DNA of 64,000 bases from Callorhinchus milii (taxonomy: Eukaryota). Location: assembly GCF_018977255.1 (NCBI RefSeq), contig NW_024705144.1:1-64000 (forward strand). The letters are read 5' to 3'. Both the position numbers and the translations under genes were made by a program. A model generated the notes under the pieces. The model was given only the letters and a program-made list of their open reading frames with translations, was not told the origin of the DNA and did not search any database. Below are positions 48,590 to 59,315 of the stretch, piece by piece. Positions within the stretch are counted from its first letter, which is position 1; each line of letters begins with the position of its first letter.

Positions 48590-49440
48590 CATATAGAATT
48601 ATCCGGCACAGAAGGAGGCCATTCGGCCCATTGCGTCTGTGCTCTTTGAAAAGCGCTTCCGAATCAATCCCTTTCCCCCACTCTCTCGCCATAACCCTGA
48701 AAACTAATGCTCCCCAAATAATTATCTGCTTCTCTTAATCAGTGTTTTATATAAAAGTTCATCATAACTTCCTGACTTTTGTATTCTATGCCCCAATTTA
48801 TAAAGCCTCGTATCCCGGATGCTTTTTTAACAGCTTTATCTACCTGTCCTCCCTCCTTCAAATATTTACTTATATGAACCCCCCCACCCCAGGGTCTCTC
48901 TGTTCCTTCACCCCCTTTACCATCAGCTGATATCGTCTCTCCTCATTCTTCCTCCCAAAATACATCACTTTGCATTCCTCCACGTTAAACTTCATCTGCC
49001 ACCTGTCGGCCCGTGTTACCGGTCTGTCTATATCCGTTTGCAGTCGATTATCCTCCTCACTGTTTACTGCTTTTCCAGCTTAGTATCATCTGCAAACTTG
49101 GCAAATGTGCTCATTATTATTATTTATATAGATCACAAACAGCAGTGGCCCCAATACTGACCCCGGGGGGGACACCACCGCACAGTTCCCTCGGCTTTCT
49201 GTCTCCCAGACAGTTCTGTATCCGCTGCCACTGTCGCTTTAACACCATTGGCTTCTATTTCGCTCAGAAGCCTCTTATGCGGCACTTTATCAAATGCCTT
49301 TTGAAAATCCATATAAACTGCATCAACCGCAGGACCTTCAATCCGCCCTCTCCGTTACTCCATCAAAAAACTCCCATCAGGTTTGTTGGCTGTGATTTGC
49401 CTGTAACTGACCCGTGTTTGGCTGTGCTTTATTAACCCAA
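48590..49440 (-). mobile_element. CR1 LINE fragment
   Basis: Reverse complement contains YMDFQKAFDKVPH, PPGSVLGPLL and SKFADDTKLG. Confidence 0.75.
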
Positions 49441-50140
49441 CACGTTAATACGTAACGGGTTGGATTGAAACATACTCCGTGTCTCACTCACTTGCTCGCT
49501 CTCTCGTTCGCTCGCTCATTTCCTCACTCGCTCAATCCCTCATTCGCTCGCTCACTCACTCTCTCACTCGCACAGTCACTCCCTCGCTCGCTGTGAAGCG
49601 CTTTGAGACGCCTCGAAGAAGTGATAAGGCGCTGTGTCAAATGCCAGGATTATTGTATTATGATAAGTTTGGAGGCCACAACACTGGAGATGTTTAATCT
49701 CCTCGCTTCAGGATAAGCGGGGATTTAGGAGGATATAAATCTCGGAGCTCTCCACGGTGGGGGTTTAAGATTTCAATCTCCTCTCACTCGCCTACAAATC
49801 CATTCACGCCTTGACACCTCTCTCCCTCTCTCCATCCTCCTTCTCCATCCTTCCCCACAACCCGCTGCCTCCGCTCGGACTGGCTCCGGTCTCCTGTTTG
49901 TCCCTTGTGCCCTCGGCTCCACCATTGACAGTCACGACATCAGGTCCCGAAACCGTCACTCTCTCCCTCTAACCCTCCCTCCACCTTGACCCTTCCTTCC
50001 CCTTCTTCAGGTCGTGCCGTGTGAATGAGGGGTGCAAGTTGTTGTTGTCGTCGTCGTTGGTGTTAGTCGGTCCTGGGGCGACGGGGAGAGAGGGGGGGGG
50101 GGGGGGGGGAGGAAGGTTGAGCGAGGAACCTGACTGAGAA

Positions 50141-50216
50141 ATGTACAAACACACAGCCCAGGTCTACCCTCTGACGGCCCTCACCAGCCCTGTCCGCCCT
50201 CAGACCAGCTCACAAG
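50141..50216 (+). CDS. SLC35F3/F4-like first coding exon (MYKHTAQVYPLTALTSPVRPQTSSQG)
   Basis: Colinear with the SLC35F3 short-isoform N-terminus as I recall it (MKKHSARVAPLSACNSPVLTLTKVEG); donor G|GTAAG at 50217. Confidence 0.7.
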
Positions 50217-50762
50217 GTAAGCTTGAACTTAACAGGGGAACGTCTTGACTCGGAGTTTCACTCACTCGCTCGCTCACTCACTGGTTCACTCCCTCGCTCA
50301 CTCCCTCGCTCAACTCCTCACTTGCTCAGTCACTGACTCACTCACTCACTCACTCATTCGCTGAATCACTCTCACTCACCTCACCCTCTCATTCACTCCC
50401 TTACCTCATTCGCTCAGTCACTCACTCACTCACTCACTCACTCACTTGTTCAGTCACTCACTCGCTGAATCACTCGTTCACTCCCTCACTGGCTCAATTG
50501 CTCGCTGAATTGCTCGCTCACTTGCTCACTCCTCACTCACTCAATCCCTCGCTCACTCCTCGCTCGCTCACCCTCTCACTCACTTCCTCTTCGACCGAGC
50601 CTTCGGCCACCCTCCCACCCCCACCCCCCACCCCCCGCCATCCCTCCTGACCCCCACACCCAGCTCGGGTCACAACCCGCTGATTGTCCAGCACCCTGGG
50701 ACGTCCTCCCGACGTGAAGCACACTGTACAAGCCTCATTTGTTGTTGTTGTTGTTGGCGAAG

Positions 50763-51067
50763 GGACCGGACAGAGTGAGGCGATAGAGACACAGACGACT
50801 GAGGGTGAGGCTGCCGAGGCCCCAGGGAGGGGCTGCCGTTGCTCCGGTGCCCCCTCCGTCGGTTGGCGTGGGGTTTGGCACTGATGGCAGGGCTGGCGGT
50901 GACCTGGGCCGGCACCACGCAGGTGGCAAAGCACAGCTTCCTCGCCCGCGATGCCCCTTCCTCACCACCTGGTTCTCAACCAACTGGAACCTCATCTTTC
51001 TCCCCCTTTACTGTGCTGGGCGCTGGGCGCCATCGCGGGAGGAACAGTCTCCCTTCAAGCAACTGAG
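50763..51067 (+). pseudogene. SLC35F3/F4-like exon 2 with two -1 frameshifts (pseudogene or sequencing error)
   Basis: Three consecutive frames join to ...GRGCRCSGAP/LRRLAWGLALMAGLAVTWAGTTQVAKHSFLARDAP/FLTTWFSTNWNLIFLPLYCAG...EEQSPFKQLR, matching WAGSTQLAK...DAPF..TWF.TNWN. Donor AG|GCGAGT. No later exons recognised in the window. Confidence 0.75.
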
Positions 51068-52544
51068 GCGAGTGTTCCAGCTGTGCTCATGTTCTTTATA
51101 GTGCAAACGTTAATGCTTCCCCATTTTTGTTCACCACCTGTAATCATCTACACTTTTATATTCATTTTCATTTTGCATGCTTGCTTCCAAAACATTATCT
51201 TGATCAATTGATGTTCTCATACCAGCCTTAAATTGGCTGTAGAGTTAATCACTGTATAATTCTATATTTCTCAGCATTCATCTATTCCATTTATTAACGT
51301 ATAATTTTGAATCTGAGGGAGCGCCACAAAAGTGATCGATCAAAGGTGACACTGCCTTCGTATTCTGATGGCAGAAATAAGAGGTAATAGATACCAGCAC
51401 GCATGCAAAGCTCAGTTTATTTGCAAGATGCTGCTTTTCTTTTGTAAACAGCTGCTCGTTTATTGTTAGGAGAACAGAAAACAATGCGCTTCAGTCAGAA
51501 ACGATGCACCTTCGTATCAGAGCTGGCACCAACTCACAGGCTTGGCAACTGAATGTCAGAATCAATTAATTCGAATTTGCCGATCTGGGTTGTCTGTGTC
51601 TGGAGTCGGGCTCCTCGTCATTACTGTTCAGTATAAATAAATTATGGCAGACCAACCAGCGTGGCTCAATTCCAACAACAGATTGTATTTCAAATCGGTC
51701 GGCCTTCCTTAGTCGCATGACAGTCCATTCGAATTCGCGAAGAACAAGGACTATTCCCAATCAGCAACTGTTAATCATGCCAGCCGAAGCCCGAATGGGG
51801 AGATTATGTAAATCATTGTTCATCCCAGCAATTCATATTCTGGATTTCCCTTTGCGCTGCCTTTTCTCAGAATGTGTCAAATGTGCGTGACACTGGGAAA
51901 AGTAACTTGATAAGTCTCCCGCTTTCCCACCATGGAAGATAGCCATCATTATAAAGTAAAGCTGTAATTTCGATAGAATCTAAAACTATTGCATTCATTT
52001 GTACTTAATCCAGTTATTGCATAATGTTATGGGAACATAATATGTATTGCAAGAAAATATTTTAATAACTTTCATTGAGATGCCTAAACCCATCAAAAAG
52101 CTTAACATTATCAAAAACAAATTGCGAGTTCCAGGCCATCTACACGTGAGAATCACAGAGTTTGAAATTGAAATGCCTTTAATTCCTGGAACGATGCTTC
52201 CTCGGTGCCTAATTCAGGAGAGAGTTAGGTGCACTTTGGAACAAAATCAAAGAGTGGGATCATAGTGTGTGTGTTCTTATCCGTTTATTCCTGGAGTTTA
52301 ACAACCAGCAACTTGAGATGAAGAGCTTTATCTGGAAACCTTTCCAACTGTTTTTCCATGAAGAACCATACTACCAGATAGAGCTCCAGTTAACAGATGT
52401 AACCGAAAATGAATGGAAATAATCCGTGCCCCACTTCATATTAAGCAACAATATAATTATAGCGCCTTTCACGCCAGAAGGATGTCCCGATGAGCTGCAC
52501 AGTCAGGGACTTCGAGCAGGCCAGGATCTGCTGAGCGGATGGAG

Positions 52545-53415
52545 AGGACAGGTTGAAATTTTCAGCATCCAAGGCTGCACTCTCCACCTCTCAAAGCCAG
52601 TTAGGAACCTCGGCGTTTTGTTCGACCCTGAGCTGTCCTTTCTCCCTCACATCCGCACCACAACTGGCACCGCCTTCCATCAACTCCGGAACATCGCCAG
52701 ACTACGGCATTACCTCACCGCTCACGCTGTTGAAACCCTGGTTCACGCCTTTGTCACCTCAAGGTTGGACTATGGGAACTCTCTCCTCGCCGGCCTTCCC
52801 GCCACCTCCCTCCACACTGCAGGTCATTCAGAACTCTGCAGCTCGTGTACTGTCCCGCACCAGACACCGCGCCCACATCACTCCCACCCTCGCTCGCCTC
52901 CACTGGCTCCACATCCCCCAGAGGATTGATTTCAAGATCCTCTTCCTCACCTACAAGGCCATTTACGGCCTTGCTCCCTCCTACCTCTCCAACCTACTAT
53001 CCCCCTACCTACCTGCCCGTACCATCCATTCCTCCGGCTCCGGTCTGCTTCAAGGCCCCCGCCCCAATCGCCCTACCATCGGTGGTCGGGCCTTCAGCCT
53101 CTCAGCCCCTAGGCTCTGGAACACTATCCCCCAGTGCCTTCGCCTAGCTTCCTCCCTCTCCTCCTTCAAGGCCGGTCTCAAAACCTTTCTCTTTGACCCA
53201 GCCTTCAGCTCACCTCTCGCACCCCCCTCTCCCTCCTCGCTCCCTCCCTTCCCTACCCTCACCCTGACCATTTCCCCCCTCCTCGCTCCCTCCCTTCCCT
53301 CCCCTCACCCTGACCATTTCCCCCCTGCCCGGGTCATGACCCAACTGCGCAGCGGCTTGGGACGTCCTCCTGACGTGAAAGGCGCTTTATAAATGGAAAC
53401 TTGTTGTTGTTGTTA
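52545..53415 (+). mobile_element. L2 LINE 3' fragment
   Basis: KPVRNLGVLFDPELSF...FVTSRLDYGNSLLAGLP...LHWLHIPQRIDFKI, with the tail. Confidence 0.9.
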
Positions 53416-53677
53416 TCAGCAGACCACAGAGGTAAGATAGGTTAAGGTCGTGGAGGGGCTTTACGGAAAGTTGGAGGATTTTGAAATCTCCTCTTTGAGC
53501 GATGGGAAGCCAGTAGAGCCAGGGAATGGTGAGGGTGATGGGACAATGGAACAGCGTGTGGAAAAGTACATGAGCACCTGACTTCCGGATGACCTGCACC
53601 GTGTGGAGTGAAGAGTTCGGATCGCCGACAAACATAGTGATGCATTAGTTGAGACGAGATGTGATGAATGGATGCTA

Positions 53678-54775
53678 CAACAACAACAACAACAAGATAC
53701 CACTTAAAGGACGCCATTCACGTCGGTAGGACGTCCCAAGGCGCTGTACAGTTGGATTAGGACACGAGCAAGGGGGAAATGGTCAGGTTGAGGGGAAGAA
53801 AGGGAGGGAGCGAGGAGGGCGTAGAGAGTCGAGAGGGGAGCTGAAGGCACGGTGAAGGAGAAAGGACTTGAAATCGGCCTTGAAGGAGGAAAGGGAGGAG
53901 GCAATGCGAAGGCACTGCGGGATAGAGTTTCAGAGCCGAGGGGCTGAGAGGCTGAAGGCCCGGCCACCGATGGTAGAGTGGTTGGGGCGGGGGATGTGGA
54001 GCAGACCGGAGCCAGAGGAACGGAGGGTAAGGGCAGGTCGGTAGATTGGTATTATGTCGGAGAGATAGGAGGGAGCAAGGCCGTGAATGGCCTTGTAGGT
54101 GAGGATGAGGATCTTTAAATCAATCCTCTGGGGGATGGGGAGACAGTGGGGACGAGCGAGGGTGGGAGTGATGTGCTCCCGAAGCCTGGTGCGGGATATT
54201 ACACGAGTTGAAGAGTTCTGAATGATCTGCAACTTGTGGAGGGAGGTGCCGGGAAGGCCGGCGATGAGAGAGTTCCAACAGTCCAGCCTTGAGATGATAA
54301 AGGCGTGGACGAGAGTTTCAACAGCGTGAGGAGTGAGGTAGTGCCGTAGTCTGGCGACATTCCGGAGGTGATGGAAGGCGTTGCCAGTTGTGGCGCGGAT
54401 AAGAGGGAGAAAGGACAGCTCAGGGTTTTAGAGAACGCCGAGGTTCCTGACTGGCTTTGAGAGGTGGAGAGTGCAGCCTTGGATGCTGATGGTGTCAGCG
54501 CCTGAGGTGCGGAGGCGCTGACGTGAGCCAGTCAGGAGGGCCTCAGTTTTACGCACGTTGAGCTGAAGAAAGTTGTCACTCGTCCAGAACTCGATGTCGG
54601 ACAGGTAGGCTGTCAGGACATCGATGGTCGTGGATTTGAGGGTTGAGGAGGAAAGGTAGAGTTGGGAGTCATCCGCATACATTTGGAAGTTAACTCCTTG
54701 TCTGTGGATGATGTCACCAAGGGGGAGCATATAGAGGGTGAAGAGGAGGGGACCGAGGACAGAGCCCTGAGGGGC
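53678..54775 (-). mobile_element. L2 LINE fragment including RT motifs
   Basis: PQGSVLGPLLFTLYMLPLGDII...MYADDSQLYLS, through to the 3' tail. Confidence 0.92.
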
Positions 54776-57700
54776 TGCTACACATGCTATACATGTGATC
54801 TTGACTAATAGACTGCCATCATTATTGCCCTGGAGAAATGTGGAACCAACTGGTTTAGCAACTGGCTGATTCGAACTGAAGCATGTGCAATGCCACGGCT
54901 TAATTTAACAGCAGTGTCCAACGTTAGCTTTACGTCTCATTCCCAGCCAAATGCAACGAAAAATTACAAAGTACGCAAAGTCGCTTAATTAACATCCCCT
55001 GTTCAGGGCCTCTGGTGAAGGAACGCAAATTCTGCGAAACCACTTTCGCCTCTAGAGTGTTCATCCACAATGTCAGCAGCTTGTCCAGTGACATATTTCT
55101 CTCTCTCTCAGCCGATTCACTGTTTACCAGAATTTGACATTAATATTTGTTTTTGGACTTCACCAATACGTATATCCTCTACCTGTTGCCGCTTACCAGT
55201 AGAGATTTCTTTGTTGCATTTACCTGTCAAACCCTCACAAATATATATAACTCTCCAAAATCTGCTCTAAACATTTAATATTTTAATGACATGACCTTTG
55301 GTGGATTTGAATTAAAAGGCTGCAATGGCGTTGGACTCAAATCTACATTGGCGTTTTGCTTAGCTTCGTGGTGTAGGAATTGTGGCGTGGCGAACACCGT
55401 CGTGTCGAAACCAATAAGAGAAGCATTCCCGGTAAGTGACACTCAACGCGGCAATTGGGAATACCAAGATGGCTGGCAGATCGCAAATTGTTCTGTAAAG
55501 ATGCTCGCACCATTGTGAATAGCGATGTCTGTCAGACAGCTGTTGGAATTTATAAACTGGAATCCTGCCATGAACCCATGTTGGGTATCTAGGCCTTGGA
55601 ATACACATTGATTGGTTTGCAGAAATCGCGGCAATTCTGTTCAAGCTCTGCACCTACAACTGCTGGAACAATCGTTCAGTGCGAAGGGATGTGTGCCGTT
55701 GTGGGCAGGAAGATGATGTTAATTATTTCCAGAATTTCGTGGAAAATATGTTGCCTTCGAGGAGGCTTCCTCCATACTCCTCTATGCGCGTCTTCAGAGA
55801 AGAACTGAACGTTTTTTGCAAGTCCCTTCAGTCACGTCCCCATTCTCCACGACTCAGTGTCGAGCTCTGCAAATATGTGCAGTTTGACAACAATACCCCG
55901 CGTGATGGACAGTGTGTAAACACGAGTTGTTGCTGTTGTTGCGCTGTATATCGGGTAAAGGAACAGGGAAGGATCAGCCGGAGGACCAATATTGAATGGC
56001 GAGAAAGGGGAGGCTGGAGGCCGCAGGAATCGATAATAACTTTACAAGCTTAATTCCAGACACGAACGTTTCAATAAGGGATTTGAATAACATTAATGGA
56101 CTATTGATGACCTTTCGTATTGATATCCTTTCTTATCAAGTCTTCGAAGTCACAAATGCTCACAGTATAGACTGCAAAGTGGAACTTCTTATGATGGTTG
56201 AAACATAAGAATATAACAAACGCTCGATGAAAAAAGACCAAGGGACATTTAGTTCGCCTTCCACATTTCTGGCGGACACAAGTACATATGTCCCTAAGTA
56301 TCTTTGTATTTTATCCCACAATGTTGTTTACTAAAATAAAACTATCTCATATGATTTTCAAAGAAGCAACACTGAGTGCTTCAATCGTCTCCCGGGGGAT
56401 CCTGTTCTACAGTTTAACTCCTTCTTCACTCAAATCATGTTTCTGTAGATTCGATACACAGCAGCCAATTTCCGCACAGTAATATCCAATAAAGTTTCAG
56501 GAAGTGGGTGATTAATTGTATCTTGGGGATTGTTGGCCAGAACACTGGGAGAAACTATGGAGTGTATATAGTTAGTTACGCAGAGTATTAGCGGAAAGAG
56601 TGTGCCGTCTTCCCCAGACTGAGGAATTCCAGTTGTACGTGGGGACACACGTGTATCTCTCAGTTGATTTGGATAATTTAAAATCAATTTCCATTTTCGC
56701 ATGGTTGTGTCCGGGATATTTTAGGCTAAGTTTTCTCCATGGAGGAGACAACGTGCTGTTGATAATTAAATCAGTGAGATAAATTGCATAAATCTCGGAT
56801 AATGTGTTTTCCACACGGCTCGAAATTATTCATGATCAGGTGGTAAAATTGGTCAGCAAAGCCTTCTCCACTTTTAATTAAATAAGACTCCGTTTTATGT
56901 TTTTAATTATCATCATTCTTGCGTGAGCTACTGCCTGTAAGAAAAGGAGGAATTTGTTTTATTTCACTGGGAAGATGTTAATTCCGATCATTTTTAGGTA
57001 AGAAAGCGTTTACAATCCGATTCTTGCTGCTGTTGGCGTTGCTGGCAAGTGCTTTAAGCAATTCATTATTTCTATTAATAGGCAGAAAAGTTTTCAAACT
57101 GACTCAGTTGGCAGTATTCTACCGTCTAAACGGGAAGTTCTGGGGTTAGTCCCATGTAGAGATTTTGACCTCACACTGCAGGCTGACATTCTCCGTCAAA
57201 ATCAATGTACATTGTACAGCGCAACTCACAGGTTTGCATCTCAGACATTACGTGCAGTGATAGAGGATGAGTTCCATTGTTGGATCGTCTTCAGAAAGCA
57301 AACTGAAAAAGAAAAAAACAGGCTTCTCTGTTGAAACCTTTCAGATTGTAACGAAATATTATTTTGAATCCTTCCACTTGATGTAGCCTCTCATCAATTC
57401 TTCGAGACGTCTCAAAAAGGAAAGCAGATTGTAGTGGTGTTCGGCCTGTAAATCTCCGAGATAATATTCTTCATTAAATTCATAGCTGACTGTGTGCTAT
57501 TTCGCTGCAGCGTTTGAATACAATTCAGTCTATGTTGTAAAATGCTGATACTTTGAGGGGTTTGGACGATTCCAGTTGGCGCTGTATCAAGTGGAACGAT
57601 GTTTGCTACTGCGACCATAATCAGGCATTAGCATCATTCTGAGAAGAATTTTCTTTGCAAAGGGGAAATGTGTGTTAGTGAAACCTTTAGCATGTATTCG

Positions 57701-58999
57701 AACCTATCTGATGACTAATGTGATAGCGCAATTCAAATTGAAGGCTAATCTGCAAGTTAGACACACAGATGAGCAATTCACCTTTAATTCAAGAAGTAGG
57801 GCAAGATTTCCTCTTCTGATTGAGAGCCTGTAATTTGTAATGCAAGTAAAGACACGCCTTAAGATTCAACAATCTGAATTGAACATATTGTACTTTAGAT
57901 CTGGGTTCTTTTCCCCGGCAGGGCGAAACGATGAGTAAGACTTGTTATTCCACAAATCTCTGTTTACCCAAGAGTAAGTAGGATCCTGGTTCATATGCGA
58001 CTAATAAAGCGGTTTTCTGGCGGTAATAATGGCTTGAAAGATAAATAATAACACATAATAATAACACTTTGTCACTGAATCCTTGCCTGGTGTGAGACAG
58101 TGCTGTGCTATATCAGATGTCGCGTTTAGCAGGCAAAGTACACATTCTAGTGCTTTTGCTGAATTGCTGTGAAGCGTCCAGCAGACGTGGTAAGGCGCCA
58201 AATTAAATTGCAGAATTATTTTTGTTAAGGTTGTGCGTTGAAGCCTTCAAAATTACCTTGTGCTGAAAGACCACGCAGCTTGGCTCTTCCTTTTTAGCGA
58301 CGTTTGAAAAACTTTCGAGGGCCAATGCAATACATTTATGCGTCGCTTCTGAAAATATAACCCGTAAGAATAACATAGAAATCCTTTGGCTTTAGTTTTG
58401 CAGCTGCTGGAGGATGAGAAAAACATGATGCTTTGTATATTATATGGCGAACTGGCTTCATGCTGCAGCTTTTGAACTCCTGTACAAACACGAGTATTTA
58501 CATACTTACCCTGACTAAATTCAGATAGGAGATTAAGAAAGATGGGATATTTGCTTGTATTATGATTGTTAAATTATTTCGTTGACAAACTTTGCAGGTG
58601 GTATGTGTGCCTGTGTGATTGGACAGATACATTGATAGGGTTCATCATGTCTGTGTTTTGACAGTGTCTCTTTCTACATTTTGTTTAACTGTGTTGTGTC
58701 AGTGTGCCTGCAAGTGGTCTGCTCTGTGATTCTGCATCTGTCTGATGGTGTGAGTGTGAGGAAGTGCTGTCGCGTGGTGCTCAAATAAGCAATTAAAATA
58801 TATCATTTCACCCTTCTCTGCCTAAAATTCCACCTGCCACGTGTCTGCACACTTCACCTGCGAACTCTAAAATGATGCTCTCGATACCGAAGCCCAGTTT
58901 AATGTTCTATATTGTAAAGAGCAATGGTCCTAATAGCGACACCTGGAGGAAGACACTGCAGATCTAACTACAGTCAGAAAAACTGCCTTTCACCACTTG

Positions 59000-59315
59000 T
59001 GGAGTCTTTTAGCTCAGTGGATAAAGCACTCTCTTTGCAATTGAGTGACTTGAGTTCAATTTCAGGCAGGGCGAAACCTTGGGAAAATTTGCTTACTCCA
59101 CACGCCTAATAATAATCCCTCGAAACACGAAAAACAATAATTAAATCGGTCATTTTCAATCTACGACTGTTTGTGGGACATTGCTGTGCGCAATTGACTA
59201 ACGCGTTCGCCCAAAAATATACAGTCAATTTACTTTAGAATGTATTCTGCGAAGCTCTTCGGGAGTCCTCCCGACTTGAAATGCGCTGTATCAAATTCAT
59301 TGATTATTATTATTA
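59000..59315 (+). mobile_element. tRNA-derived SINE
   Basis: Same family. Confidence 0.8.

Noticed and set aside
57412-57618. GIVQTPQSIS...LNC as a TCR/Ig V segment
   Set aside because: Gln-Cys spacing is wrong and there is no WYxQ, YxC or RSS.
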